NCBI RefSeq assembly: GCF_965227375.1
Contig: NZ_CBDDFX010000002.1
Location: forward strand, 1,911,537-1,975,536
Length of the DNA stretch: 64,000 bases
Reading direction: 5' to 3'
DNA from: Aeoliella sp.
GTDB lineage: Bacteria > Planctomycetota > Planctomycetia > Pirellulales > Lacipirellulaceae
Each line of letters begins with the position of its first letter. Positions within the stretch are counted from its first letter, which is position 1. A program made the position numbers and the translations under genes. Positions 1-10,081 of the stretch are shown in pieces. The notes beneath the pieces are model-generated. The model saw only the letters and a list, made by a program, of their open reading frames with translations. It had not been told where the DNA came from and did no database searches.

Positions 1-346
1 GCAAGACCGAGGCCAGCGTCGGCGTGCCAGGCTTGATGAGCGAAGAAGCGTTCGGCGGTGCGATCCCCGTGCCGGGCACGCGCCAGGCGTACTTGCCGGT
101 TAGCAAGCTGTAGCGGCTGGGCGTGCAGGTGGCCGAAGTGCAGTAGCCCGAGGTGAATCGCAGGCCGTGCTCGGCGAGTTGATCGATGTTCGGCGTGGGA
201 ATCGATTCCGCGCCGTAGCAACCAATGTCTCCGTATCCAACATCGTCACCATAGATGAGCACGATATTGGGCGCCGCGGTACTTGGTGCAACGAAGACGC
301 CTATCAGCAGCGTCCATATGCACAGCAATTCGAAAGGAAGTCGCAT
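1..346 (-). CDS. Sulfatase (arylsulfatase family), N-terminal part; gene continues beyond the left window edge
   Basis: Reverse-strand translation from the ATG at 346..344 gives MRLPFELLCIWTLLIGVFVAPSTAAPNIVLIYGDDVGYGDIGCYG...CTSATCTPSRYSLLTGKY: a signal peptide followed by the sulfatase C-T-P-S-R active-site motif. It has no stop inside the window, so it is absent from the ORF track. Confidence 0.8.
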   Translation of the reverse strand, partial: MRLPFELLCIWTLLIGVFVAPSTAAPNIVLIYGDDVGYGDIGCYGAESIPTPNIDQLAEHGLRFTSGYCTSATCTPSRYSLLTGKYAWRVPGTGIAPPNASSLIKPGTPTLASVL

Positions 347-651
347 GGAGCTCTCGTCGTGTGGCCAAGCAAAGTGGATTCAGGTGTCCAGTGTACCAAC
401 TAAGACGCCATTCGGCCGAGTATTGTACCATTGGCGTTGTCAGCAAATCGCGGTTGAAACTTGACAAAACTCTGATCCAATGAGTGTGGCGTTATGTATG
501 GGTGGCCCCGATGAGTAGGCGAGTAGGTTTTCCAGTTTGCCCTTCGCAGACTTGCCCCAAGAGTGCCCCCTAGCCGGCAACCTGTGTGTTGTCGGAAATC
601 AGACAAAAATCTCCCAAGTTGGATTCCGATTCCCAAATATAGCGTGGGCTG

Positions 652-810
652 CGATCGGGGGTTTTGTCCCCTTTAAAACATGCGGGGAACAACGTGGCAA
701 GTTTTGTCGCACCCCCCGATTGGTTTAGTCGAGAAAACAAGGGAGTTTGCAATTTGGACGTGGGCAAAACGGTTGGGGTTTTGGGCCCATGGATCGTGAA
801 CTGGGGAACA
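652..810 (+). repeat. Copy 1 of a ~160-bp dispersed direct repeat (partner at about 50161-50310)
   Basis: By eye, about 80% identical to the 50161-50310 copy in the same orientation. Shared blocks include ttttgtcccc...aaaacatgcggggaacaacgtgg..gttttgtcgcacccc...tggtttagtcga...ggggttttgggcccatggatcg. It lies in an intergenic region upstream of the oxidoreductase gene. Confidence 0.7.
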
Positions 811-1168
811 ACGAACAAAACGGGACACAACACCACTGCCTGCGCGGCAACGACGATGGCGACAACGACATCTTCGACTTCCAGATGTTCGTCGAGTTGT
901 ACGACACCACGCACCGCCGTGCCAGAACGTGCCACTTGGCTACTTGCCACGATGGCGGTGGTTGCTGCATTCCGATTCCGGTTTTGCTGAGTGTCTAGTG
1001 TAGAGACTCGGAATTTTCGGGCACTTATCCGCACTGGTGTAATCAAAGGGGCTTATCTGGCGCTAAAGTGGGGTGGCAGCCAGTAGGTCCCGTGGTTAGC
1101 CTTGTGATAAGCCGTGCTTGTGTGCGTGACGCTTAACTTTCGAACCACGATTCATTTCGGGAAACGCT

Positions 1169-2440
1169 ATGCCAGGTATCCATCGCCGTGACTTCATTGC
1201 TGGTACTGCCGCAACCCTCGCGGTCTCTGCAACCGCGCGAGCTGCCGCCAACGAGGCCAACAACAAAGTCGTACTGGCTCTTATGGGAGCTCACAATCGT
1301 GGTTCGCAGTTGGCGAAGCGATTTGGCAAGGTGAAAGGCTTCGAGATCGCTTACGTGTGCGATCCCGACGAGCGGCAACTCGACAAGGGCATCGCTGCGG
1401 TCAAATCGGGTGGACAGAAGACGGCGGCCAAAGGGGTGCGCGATTTTCGCGAGGCTTTGGACGATGCGAACGTCGATGGGCTGATTTGCGCCGCGCCCAA
1501 CCACTGGCACGCAGCGGCCACGATTACCGCCTGCGACGCGGGCAAGCATGTTTATGTGGAGAAGCCTTGCAGCCACACGGCCGAGGAAGGCGAGTTGATG
1601 ATCGCAGCGGCCCAGAAGACCGGCAAAGTGGTGCAGGTGGGCATGCAACGCCGTAGTGGCCCGCTCTACCAGCAGATGGTGGAAAAGGTGCGCGGCGGAG
1701 CGATTGGCGAAGTGCTGATGGGCAAGTCCTACTACTACAACAATCGGCCCACGGTCGGTCACGCCGAGCCGGAAACCCCGCCTAGTTGGCTCGACTTCGA
1801 CCTGTGGCAAGGCCCGGTGACTACGCAGCCGTTCCGCTCCAACATTTTGCACTACACCTGGCACAATTTTTGGCAGTGGGGCAACGGCGAGATCGGCAAC
1901 AACGGGGTCCACACCATCGACATCTGTCGCTGGGCGATGGGCGTCGACTTCCCCACGAAGGTGAGCGTCCACGGCAGCAAGCTGCGCTACGACGACGATC
2001 AAGAAACTCCCGACACGATGAACGCGAGTTTCGAGTGCGGCGACAAGCTGATCACTTGGGAGGGCGTCAGTTGGTCCGATCCTTACCAGACCGGCAATCA
2101 GATCGGCATCGAGCTACGCGGAACCGACGGCACCTTGTTCGTCAACGACGCCGGCATGACGGTCTACGATCTTGATCGCAAGCCGGTCGATAAGCTCGAA
2201 GGCAGTCGTGGCGACTACGAGCACATCAAAGACTTTCTTTCTTGCATTCGGGATGGCGGCACGACGAATGCCAATCTTGACGAAGGACACCGCAGCGTGA
2301 TGTTGTGCCACCTGGCAAACATCGCCTACCGCACCGGGCAGTCGCTCGACGTCGACCCCAAGACGGGCCATCTCGTCGGCGCCACGGGCAAAGACCTGTG
2401 GCAGTGCGAGTATCGCGACAAATGGATGCCGAAGTTGTAA
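1169..2440 (+). CDS. Gfo/Idh/MocA family oxidoreductase with Tat signal peptide
   Basis: N-terminal RRDFIAG twin-arginine motif. NAD(P)-binding Rossmann region (KVVLALMGAHNRG...) and conserved EKP motif (VYVEKPCSHT) typical of the Gfo/Idh/MocA family. Confidence 0.9.
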   Translation: MPGIHRRDFIAGTAATLAVSATARAAANEANNKVVLALMGAHNRGSQLAKRFGKVKGFEIAYVCDPDERQLDKGIAAVKSGGQKTAAKGVRDFREALDDANVDGLICAAPNHWHAAATITACDAGKHVYVEKPCSHTAEEGELMIAAAQKTGKVVQVGMQRRSGPLYQQMVEKVRGGAIGEVLMGKSYYYNNRPTVGHAEPETPPSWLDFDLWQGPVTTQPFRSNILHYTWHNFWQWGNGEIGNNGVHTIDICRWAMGVDFPTKVSVHGSKLRYDDDQETPDTMNASFECGDKLITWEGVSWSDPYQTGNQIGIELRGTDGTLFVNDAGMTVYDLDRKPVDKLEGSRGDYEHIKDFLSCIRDGGTTNANLDEGHRSVMLCHLANIAYRTGQSLDVDPKTGHLVGATGKDLWQCEYRDKWMPKL

Positions 2441-2452
2441 GCGGCTTGCGAC

Positions 2453-4108
2453 TCACGCCTCGTACCGCTGAGCGCCGGCCAGCAGTGCAGGGGCGATGTC
2501 TTGCTGGACGAATTCGTTCACCCAGGTGGAAGTGGCCGATCTATCGGCAAAGTGCTGGAATAGCGCACAGAAGAACTGGTCGGGTACGTGCGATCGCCGC
2601 TGGAAGTCGAGCACCTCTCGCCGCCACATTTGGTTGTAGCACTTCTGAGCGAACTTGGCGTTCAACGGAAACCAAAGTTTCTGATCGACCACAGGACGAA
2701 GGTAATACAGCACAAGTACTGCCACACCAACAATACCCAGAATCATCACCAGCACCGCAACGAACGCTAGTGTGTCTTGGTTCGCCTGCTCCATCGAGGT
2801 GGAGACGCCAGCGTAGATTGAAATGACGATCAGGGAGCCAATTAGTACCCCCACTGCCAGGGCGACCCATCGGGCAAACAAAGCCAGGGACCACGTCACG
2901 CCGGTCAACGAGTTGTTGCACTCCTTTTCCAGTCGGGCGAGCAGTGCGGCGCCGCGGCTCACCCAGACTTCCTGGTTGACCTCGGTCTCCTGCTTGAACG
3001 ACTGTCGTTCCGCCACGTCATGCGAAGCCCACGCCCAGATGGGGTAGAACTTGTGCAGTAGCTCGCTTTGTTCCACCGGAAACTCATCCATCAACGCATC
3101 GCCAGCCGAGAGTAGTTCCATCTGCGCGGCGACCATTGAGTGATCGCCGACCTCCTGCGACTCGCTGAAGTAGTCCTTGAGGGCCGCGTCCATGCGGCTA
3201 CGCAGCGGTGAGCCGGCGGCGAACTGCCGACGTACCAGCAGGTACTCGCGGGCGAGGCCAAGCAGTTCGACGTCCCACTCCAACCAGGGTGGAATGTTGC
3301 TGAAGTTCTCCTCGATAAAGCGAAGCTGCGCGGCCGACCAGCCATTGAGCTGTTCGTCGCGCCACAAGGCGCTCTTCAGCGTGTGAATCAGGAAGGCCAT
3401 CCTCCCCACGATATGCGAGTCGCGCAGTTCTCTTTCGCAGCGATCGTAGGTTGCGGTGAACTGGTTGAAGTTGCACTCGCGCATCACCGTTTGCCAGGCG
3501 GGCTCGGTGAGTGGATAGAACTCGTCGGTCCGAACCGCCTTGGCCACCGCCGGTAGTATCTTCAGCAGCAACTTGGCCTGCTGCGGACCGCGGAAGTAAT
3601 CGTGCAGCAACTGCTTGAGCGCCCCGTCGCGTCGGTGGGTTGCGATGCCCTCGATGAGCCACTTGACGAATCCTGTTGGCGACTTCTCGACCACATCCGA
3701 TAGCAACGCCAGGGCGTAAAAGTCGTAGGGCGACTTGTTTTCCCGCTGCTTGAGTTCTTGAAACAGCGCGGCGGGCGACTCGGTCTTGAGCCGCTCGGCT
3801 AGCGTGGGTTCCAATTTCTGTGGCGTGGCCGCATCCGCAGGCCCGCTCTCGTCGGTCTTCCAATCCTGCGGTGTCGGCACTCGCTGCGGCGCTGCGCCGC
3901 CGTGGTAGCGAAGCTGCTCGTCCAGTTGTTCGTACGCCGCGCGGATCTTCTGAAACTCGGCGGGGAACTTCTCTGGTTTGTAGACGCGCAGCAGCCGATT
4001 GTAAGCACGCTTCAGGTCCTTGCGATCAAATCCATCCGCCAGCGCAAAGAACCGGATCGGATCTTGAGGCAAAAGGTCCCAGTTGGGATTGTCAGCCGTG
4101 TCGGCCAT
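2453..4108 (-). CDS. Membrane-anchored J-domain-like protein (DjlC-like Hsp70 partner) with the HPD motif replaced by KPE
   Basis: N-terminus DLKRAYNRLLRVYKPEKFPAEFQKIRAAYEQL aligns to J-domain helices II/III (KKAYRKLAKKYHPDKN...FKEIKEAYEVL), but HPD is replaced by KPE. Two predicted transmembrane helices near the C-terminal third (ALAVGVLIGSLIVISIYAG and LAFVAVLVMILGIVGVAVLVLYYL). It is the last gene of the Hsp70 operon. Confidence 0.7.
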   Translation of the reverse strand: MADTADNPNWDLLPQDPIRFFALADGFDRKDLKRAYNRLLRVYKPEKFPAEFQKIRAAYEQLDEQLRYHGGAAPQRVPTPQDWKTDESGPADAATPQKLEPTLAERLKTESPAALFQELKQRENKSPYDFYALALLSDVVEKSPTGFVKWLIEGIATHRRDGALKQLLHDYFRGPQQAKLLLKILPAVAKAVRTDEFYPLTEPAWQTVMRECNFNQFTATYDRCERELRDSHIVGRMAFLIHTLKSALWRDEQLNGWSAAQLRFIEENFSNIPPWLEWDVELLGLAREYLLVRRQFAAGSPLRSRMDAALKDYFSESQEVGDHSMVAAQMELLSAGDALMDEFPVEQSELLHKFYPIWAWASHDVAERQSFKQETEVNQEVWVSRGAALLARLEKECNNSLTGVTWSLALFARWVALAVGVLIGSLIVISIYAGVSTSMEQANQDTLAFVAVLVMILGIVGVAVLVLYYLRPVVDQKLWFPLNAKFAQKCYNQMWRREVLDFQRRSHVPDQFFCALFQHFADRSATSTWVNEFVQQDIAPALLAGAQRYEA

Positions 4109-4135
4109 GGCTTCGTGCGATGCAGATAGAGACGT

Positions 4136-5200
4136 TCAGGGACCTGGCAGGCCGGGGCTGGTCGAGTAGGGGCGGGGAAAGTTCGGACGCGAACGGTTGG
4201 AACCAGGCGGGCTGGGAGTCGGCACGTTCGGTGGCCGAGGATACTCGGGCGGCGTGTAACGCTGCCGATTGCTCCTGTGTTCTTCGAGGATCTTGTCCAT
4301 CCTCGCGCGGGCGTCCTCTATCGACTTGCGGTGTTCTTTGAAGGGGTCTTCCACCTCCCAAACCTCGCGGTCGGGTGGGCCAGTTCGAAACTGTTCCGGC
4401 TGAGTTTGGCGGCCTGGCCGATAAGTGTCCTCGAACGTGTCCGGAATCTCGACACGAGGAGGCGTGTAAACAGGCTCCGTGTACGACGAACGCGATTTGG
4501 ACGACGAACTGCTCTCGTTGGCGATGTGGGCGCAGCCACGAATGACCGGGAGAACAAGCAGGAACAGCCACCAAGGCCAACCGTTGCTCGAGCGTTCGGT
4601 CGTAGCCGCTTGGCCCGGTGCAGCGGCCACCGCGTGTTTGCGGGCGGAGTAGCGAAGCAGGGAGTCGAGCCAGTCGGACTCCAGCGCGTATAGCTCAGGT
4701 AGCTCCGTCTTGAGCAGACGAATCATCGCCTGGCCGTGGCGACGGTTGTGTCGATGGCGAAAACTGGCGAGCACTTGCTCTCGAAGCACAGCCACGTCGC
4801 GCGACGGTGAAACCAGAATCTTCTTGAGCACGCTGAAGAAGTCGCCATCAAACCGGCGATCGCTTGCCAAAGCTGGCAACTTTCCGCGACTCTGCAATAC
4901 GACTGTCAGTCGTCTTGCGAGTGCAGCCAACTCGGGGAACTCTTGGACAGGAAGCTGCCGGATACGGCCCAGCAGTTGATCCACCGGGCCAGTGAAGCAA
5001 GCTTGCCGGATCTGCTCCAACTGATCGCGTACCTTCTGCCGTTCTCCAGCCGAGGGAGCGTTGGCCGACTTGGTCTTCTGTTTGGCTTCGAGGCGAAACG
5101 CTTTCGCTCGCGAGCGAACAATATCGCCGCTCTCGTTAATTGGATTGCGAGCAAGTTGCTTGGTCAAATAGTCGACCACTTGCGGCGAGGCGCTACTCAT
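4136..5200 (-). CDS. Hypothetical single-pass membrane protein with proline-rich C-terminal region; likely start at Met30 of the track ORF
   Basis: The start ATG at 5200..5198 overlaps the Hsp70 stop (ATGAGTAG). One hydrophobic helix ([20 protein letters not shown]). The C-terminus is rich in P/S/R ([29 protein letters not shown]). It sits between the Hsp70 gene and the J-like gene. Confidence 0.6.
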   Translation of the reverse strand: MSSASPQVVDYLTKQLARNPINESGDIVRSRAKAFRLEAKQKTKSANAPSAGERQKVRDQLEQIRQACFTGPVDQLLGRIRQLPVQEFPELAALARRLTVVLQSRGKLPALASDRRFDGDFFSVLKKILVSPSRDVAVLREQVLASFRHRHNRRHGQAMIRLLKTELPELYALESDWLDSLLRYSARKHAVAAAPGQAATTERSSNGWPWWLFLLVLPVIRGCAHIANESSSSSKSRSSYTEPVYTPPRVEIPDTFEDTYRPGRQTQPEQFRTGPPDREVWEVEDPFKEHRKSIEDARARMDKILEEHRSNRQRYTPPEYPRPPNVPTPSPPGSNRSRPNFPRPYSTSPGLPGP

Positions 5201-6938
5201 CGCTCGGCTCCTGGGCGGTGTCGGGATCGATGCCAAGCATCGACAACACTTCCTCCAAAGTGCTGCGCGCCGCTTCCACGGTTTCACGGTCGCCGGTGCT
5301 CATGGCTTGCTCGAACATGTCGATCGCCACCTCGAATTGCTCACGCTGGTAGGGGCTCACTTCGCCCACCATCCGCTCGGCAAAGCGGAGCAGTCGCTGG
5401 TTGGCCATGTCTTCGCGCGGGTAGTACTTCAGGCCCTGCATCTTGGCGACCGCCTCTTCCAACTCCGTGTCGGTCAGATCCGCGGCGTGCTGCGTAACGA
5501 CAGTGCGGAACTTGTTCTCGGTGCTGCCCACGTAGGCTTCCACCTCGAGGATGCCGTTCAGGTCGTAGGTGAAGCGGATGAACACATCCTGCCCCGCCGG
5601 CCCACGTGGTACGCCTGTGACGCGGAGTTCGCCGATCTTCAGGTTGTTTTCGACCTTGCGATTCTCGCCTTGATACACGTCGACCTGCACCTCTTGCTGG
5701 TTCGGCACCATGGTGCTGAAGACGTGCTCCTTCGAGACGGGAATCGTGGTGTTGCGATGGATGATCGGCACGAAGTAACCGGAGCGGACCTGTCCGCCCA
5801 TGTCCTTGGCGGTGTCGATGCCCAACGTGAACGGGCAGACATCGGTCATCACCATGTCGTCCACGGCGCGATTGTCGGCAATGAGCGCCGCCTGCACGGC
5901 CGCACCCATGCAGACCACTTCGTCGGGGTTGTAGGTTGCCTCGGGCTCAGTGCCGAAGTAGTCGCGGACGAAATCGACCAGCGGCAGCATTCGCGTTGCC
6001 CCGCCCACCAGAATCACATCGTCGACCTCGGACGAATCGGTGCGCCCATCGCGAAGTGCTTTTCCGATCGGTCCCGCGATGCGATCGAGCAGCGGCTTGA
6101 CCGCCTTGGAGAAGGTCTCGCGATTGATCTTCACCATCTTGGCCTTCTCGGGCAACGTCCCATCGTCTTCCGGCAGGGTCACAGCGACTTCCGCCTCGTT
6201 GCTTAGTTGCCGTTTGGCGTCCTCGCATTGCTGACGGAGCCTGGCCACGCGGAGCGGCTGTTGCAACTCTGCCAGCTCGAAGTTGATGCCCTGCTGTTTT
6301 AAGATCACCGAGACCAATCGATTGGTGAAGTCCTCGCCGCCCAGGAAGCTCTCGCCAGAAGTGGAGATGATCTCGAGCGTGCCTTCGAACACTTCCATCA
6401 GCGTCACGTCGAAGGTGCCTCCGCCGAGGTCGACAACGATCAGCTTCTTCTCCGCTTGGCGGTCGTGGAAGCCGTAGGTCAGCGCGGCGGCCGTTGGTTC
6501 GTTGATGATGCGGCGGACCTTCAGTCCTGCCAGTTCCCCCGCCACCTTGGTCGCCTTGCGTTGGTTGTCGTTGAAGTACGCCGGCACAGTGATCACCGCA
6601 TCGGTGACTTCCTCGGCAAGGAACTTCTCCGCGTCGCTCTTCAGGGCCTTGAGCACCAGGCTCGAGAGTTCTGGGGCCGAGAATGCTTGCCCGGCGAGTT
6701 CCACACGCGAGTCGCTGCCCATCAGACGCTTGAAGGTCGACGCGCACCGCTCGGGTTGTGTGACGCGCAGTTCGCGGGCTGCCTCGCCTACGAGGACCTG
6801 GCCATCTTCCAGTATGCCAACGACCGACGGCGTGAGCATTCGCCCCAGTGCGTTGGGTATTAATCGCGGTTTGTCGCCCAGGAACACGCCGCAAAGCGAG
6901 TTGGTTGTTCCCAGGTCGATACCGATAATATGAGACAT
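5193..6938 (-). CDS. Hsp70 family chaperone (HscC-like, non-DnaK paralog)
   Basis: [14 protein letters not shown] (phosphate-1 motif), DLGGGTFD (phosphate-2 motif) and [13 protein letters not shown]-like adenosine motif ([14 protein letters not shown]), with a substrate-binding domain. No C-terminal EEVD and a short lid, as in HscC-type Hsp70s. Confidence 0.9.
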   Translation of the reverse strand: MSHIIGIDLGTTNSLCGVFLGDKPRLIPNALGRMLTPSVVGILEDGQVLVGEAARELRVTQPERCASTFKRLMGSDSRVELAGQAFSAPELSSLVLKALKSDAEKFLAEEVTDAVITVPAYFNDNQRKATKVAGELAGLKVRRIINEPTAAALTYGFHDRQAEKKLIVVDLGGGTFDVTLMEVFEGTLEIISTSGESFLGGEDFTNRLVSVILKQQGINFELAELQQPLRVARLRQQCEDAKRQLSNEAEVAVTLPEDDGTLPEKAKMVKINRETFSKAVKPLLDRIAGPIGKALRDGRTDSSEVDDVILVGGATRMLPLVDFVRDYFGTEPEATYNPDEVVCMGAAVQAALIADNRAVDDMVMTDVCPFTLGIDTAKDMGGQVRSGYFVPIIHRNTTIPVSKEHVFSTMVPNQQEVQVDVYQGENRKVENNLKIGELRVTGVPRGPAGQDVFIRFTYDLNGILEVEAYVGSTENKFRTVVTQHAADLTDTELEEAVAKMQGLKYYPREDMANQRLLRFAERMVGEVSPYQREQFEVAIDMFEQAMSTGDRETVEAARSTLEEVLSMLGIDPDTAQEPSDE

Positions 6939-7127
6939 GAAATTCCCGTTGATTTCCTGTTGGCCGGCATCGAAGCCGTTCCGGCAGGCCCATTGTAAAC
7001 GTTGAGGGCGGGGCGTACCACTGAATCGACCGCCGAATGGTGCGCGAAGTTCGCCCAGTACTCAACGCCCGTATGGTTCTGCTATTTTGGGGGAGTTGCG
7101 TATCCGTGAATCAAGGTCCGACCGCCC

Positions 7128-7859
7128 ATGTTGCTCAAGTTTCTCACCTATAACATCCACAAGGGCATTGGCGGCGTGGACCGCAAGTATCGGCTCGAGC
7201 GGATTATGGACGTGCTTCGGCATCACGATCCCGATATCGCCTTGTTGCAGGAGGTGGACGACGGGGTGCCGCGTTCGCGGGGCGATTGTCAGATCGACTT
7301 GCTTCGAGAGGAATTGGGCTACGCCGACAGTGCGTTTCAAGCCAATGTTCGCCTGCGCAGAGGGCACTACGGAAACGCAATTCTCAGTCGGTTCCCGCTC
7401 AGCCATCAGACCGATATCGACTTGACCATTGGGCCCAAGAAGCGAAGACGTGCGTTGGTGGCTCACGCGCGACTCGCGGACCAGAACCATACGCGCACGC
7501 TGGTTGTTGCGAACTTGCATTTGGGACTTGCCGACTTCGAGCGGCGCATGCAACTCCGGAGGCTGCTAAAGCACGATGCTATCGCGCATCACCACTCCAC
7601 GACGCCCATGCTGGTGGGTGGCGACTTCAACGACGTGTGGGGCAGGATGGGCAAGCGGATCATGCACCCAGGCGGATTCCATTCGGCGACTGGCAAGGTT
7701 CGCACGTTCCCCGCCCGACTGCCGCTCCGCGCGCTCGACGCCATTTACTACCGCGGCGACGTGGAACTCGACCATGCGTTCGCGGGGCATACGCAGCTGT
7801 GCCGCGAGGCGTCCGATCACCGCCCGCTTGTCGCTCACCTGCACGTGCAGGTGAGTTGA
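7128..7859 (+). CDS. Endonuclease/exonuclease/phosphatase (EEP) family protein
   Basis: YNIHKG... N-terminus, LLQEVD motif, catalytic GGDFND motif and C-terminal SDHRPL motif, characteristic of the EEP fold. Confidence 0.85.
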   Translation: MLLKFLTYNIHKGIGGVDRKYRLERIMDVLRHHDPDIALLQEVDDGVPRSRGDCQIDLLREELGYADSAFQANVRLRRGHYGNAILSRFPLSHQTDIDLTIGPKKRRRALVAHARLADQNHTRTLVVANLHLGLADFERRMQLRRLLKHDAIAHHHSTTPMLVGGDFNDVWGRMGKRIMHPGGFHSATGKVRTFPARLPLRALDAIYYRGDVELDHAFAGHTQLCREASDHRPLVAHLHVQVS

Positions 7860-7868
7860 GAAGATAGC

Positions 7869-8294
7869 TCAGGCGTTCTCTTGCATCTGCTGGTCGATCC
7901 AGCCTTCCAGTTCCGCCAGGTCGACCGGCGGCACGTCGCACAGATCGGGACGCAATCGCTCCGCCTTGCGATGATACACGTGGTGCACATCCGACTGAGC
8001 CTTGTCGGTGTTCCAGTGAATGAGCACCCGAATGCACTTCTCGAGCGATCCGGGCACGTAGATCTCGTGGCCGCACAGCAGTGGGACATCGCACCAACCA
8101 AGTTGCCGCGCCGCTAGCGCCGGAAACTCCGCATCCAGGTCGACCGTGGTCGTGAAGAAGGCGCTAGCCACGTCCTGCTTGTCGATTTCGTTGTGCCGAA
8201 TGATCAGCGCAAGCAACTCGCGAGTCGCGCGGAGGATTTCCTCGCGATCATTGTTTTCGACGGTAGTAGCGCCTCGTACGCCGCGGCACTGCAT
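7869..8294 (-). CDS. aroH: Chorismate mutase, AroH class
   Basis: [21 protein letters not shown]...[11 protein letters not shown]...RLRPDL aligns along its full length with Bacillus subtilis AroH (MMIRGIRGATTVERDTEEEIL...CIRVMMTVQTD...VLRPDL). Confidence 0.9.
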   Translation of the reverse strand: MQCRGVRGATTVENNDREEILRATRELLALIIRHNEIDKQDVASAFFTTTVDLDAEFPALAARQLGWCDVPLLCGHEIYVPGSLEKCIRVLIHWNTDKAQSDVHHVYHRKAERLRPDLCDVPPVDLAELEGWIDQQMQENA

Positions 8295-8634
8295 ACAAAA
8301 CCTGGATTGAATAGTGGGATCTTGGGGCCAAAAGACAAGGTGGTCATGTTACCCCAATTCGCCCCGTCTTGATAGCACCTCGCCGGCGGGGAGCCGTGGA
8401 ACGCTGTAACTGTTGCTTGTGCGTAACCGCACATGTGCGACCGTGCCAGGGTGTTTGTTTCGTCCGTTGCGGGGTTCAACACAGAGTGTCTTCGCAAAAA
8501 TCAGAAGGTTCCCTACCGGTTCGTGGATTGTTCCGCTGAGGGTGCAGTTTGGCACGGATGGTGCTTAGAGAGCTTCCAGCCCATCCATTAGTTACTCTCC
8601 GCACACTCTCTACCAACCTTATCGGTGCCTCGAA

Positions 8635-10080
8635 ATGTTTGTTAGATCCTCTAGTTTCACATTCCTCGTCGCCTGCAGTTTGCTGATTGGCTGCAGTTCC
8701 GAACTCCAAGAGCTGGCAAGTTCTTCGGATGCCGACCAGTCGAACACTGCGGCCCCGAAAGTCGAGCAGCCTGCTTCACAGACCGACGCGGAATATCGAG
8801 CAGTTATCGATTCCGCCGACCTGCCGAAGCCGGCAGAGTTGACGGCCGACGACTGGCCCCAGTTTCGGGGCGCGAATCGGGATGCAGTCGTCCAGGGGAG
8901 CACGCGACTAGCACGCACGTGGCCGGCCGAAGGACCTCCCGTGCTGTGGGAAGCCACGGTGGGGCAAGGATACTCAGCGCCCTCGATTGTCGGCGACCGC
9001 GTGTTTTTGAACGACTACGACGAAGACGCCAAAGAATGGCTGGTTCGTTGCTTGTCACTGGAGAGTGGCGACGAGCTTTGGACCTACAAGGTCGCCAAGC
9101 GAATCCGCCCCAACCACTCCATCACGCGTTCCGCTCCGGCGACCGACGGTGGTTTCGTCTTCTCGATCGACCCCAAGTGCGAACTGCACTGCCTTGATGC
9201 GAGAAATGGCAATCTCATCTGGAAAAAGAACCTGCCGCAATTGTACGACAGTCCGATTCCACCCTGGTACAACGGTCAGTGTCCGCTGATCGACGACGAC
9301 AAGCTCGTTCTGGCAACCGGCGGTAAAGCGGTGCTCGTGGCGCTCGACAAGGCAACCGGTGAGCCCATTTGGGAAACGCCTAACTCCGATGAGTATCTAC
9401 TTTCACACTCATCGGTGATGCCGCTCGAAGTCGACGGGCATCGCCAGTACGCCTACCTCACGCTCAAGGGAGCTTTGGGCGTGGATGCCGAGTCGGGCGA
9501 ATTGTTGTGGTCGTTTCCCTGGAAGTTCAACACGGCTGTAGCTCCTGCACCGCTGCCGTTGGGCGAAGGACGCCTGCTTTTGACTAGTGGATACAATGCA
9601 CAGACGGTAATTTGCCAGGTGAAACTGGAAGACGGCAAATGGACTGCGTCGGAGAGTGTTGCATTCCAATCTCCCCCACGAGGTTGGAACTCGGAGGTTC
9701 ACACTCCGATTGTTCATGGCGGACATATCTACGGAGTTGGCAAGACCAAGCGGGGGATGTGGACCTGCCTGGACTTGGATGGCAACGAACTGTGGACTAG
9801 CGGTCGTGCCGCGACGTTCGGCATGGGCGGTTACGTTCTGGCCGATGGGATGTTCTTCGCGCTCGACGGGAAAAGCGGCACACTGCGACTCATAGACGCT
9901 GAGGCCGACGAGTATCGTCAGTTGGCCGAAGCAAAGCTGCTGTCTGGTCCGGACGTATGGACCCCACCTGTTATTTCAGGCGGAAAGCTGTTGGTGCGCG
10001 ACTTGGGCAAACTGCTGTGCCTTGATGTTGCGGATCCCAACGCTCCGCTGGCCGCATCTTCCAACTCCAGCGGCCAATAA
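8635..10080 (+). CDS. PQQ-like beta-propeller repeat lipoprotein (BamB/PQQ-enzyme-repeat family)
   Basis: Signal peptide with lipobox (LLIGCSS). Repeated W-containing blades (LWEATVGQGYSAPSIVGDRVFL, LWTYKV, LIWKKNL, PIWETP, LLWSFP, ELWTSG) typical of PQQ-like beta-propellers. Confidence 0.8.
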   Translation: MFVRSSSFTFLVACSLLIGCSSELQELASSSDADQSNTAAPKVEQPASQTDAEYRAVIDSADLPKPAELTADDWPQFRGANRDAVVQGSTRLARTWPAEGPPVLWEATVGQGYSAPSIVGDRVFLNDYDEDAKEWLVRCLSLESGDELWTYKVAKRIRPNHSITRSAPATDGGFVFSIDPKCELHCLDARNGNLIWKKNLPQLYDSPIPPWYNGQCPLIDDDKLVLATGGKAVLVALDKATGEPIWETPNSDEYLLSHSSVMPLEVDGHRQYAYLTLKGALGVDAESGELLWSFPWKFNTAVAPAPLPLGEGRLLLTSGYNAQTVICQVKLEDGKWTASESVAFQSPPRGWNSEVHTPIVHGGHIYGVGKTKRGMWTCLDLDGNELWTSGRAATFGMGGYVLADGMFFALDGKSGTLRLIDAEADEYRQLAEAKLLSGPDVWTPPVISGGKLLVRDLGKLLCLDVADPNAPLAASSNSSGQ

Positions 10081-10081
10081 A

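Noticed and set aside
570-1046. 158-aa minus-strand ORF, and shorter ORFs on both strands, overlapping repeat copy 1
   Set aside because: The same region is a non-coding repeat that recurs at 50161-50310, where the equivalent frames are interrupted differently. The peptide similarity between copies simply reflects nucleotide homology. There are no start-context or coding features.
1133-2002. 289-aa ORF on the minus strand fully inside the Gfo/Idh/MocA gene, and many similar antisense ORFs (for example 3198-3863, 5307-6206, 5947-7065, 22019-22651, 22772-23971, 35330-36433, 46179-47030)
   Set aside because: In a roughly 60% GC genome, stop codons are rare on the antisense strand of real genes. 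These ORFs have Arg/Ala/Gly-rich low-complexity translations, no recognisable motifs, and overlap strongly supported genes in full.
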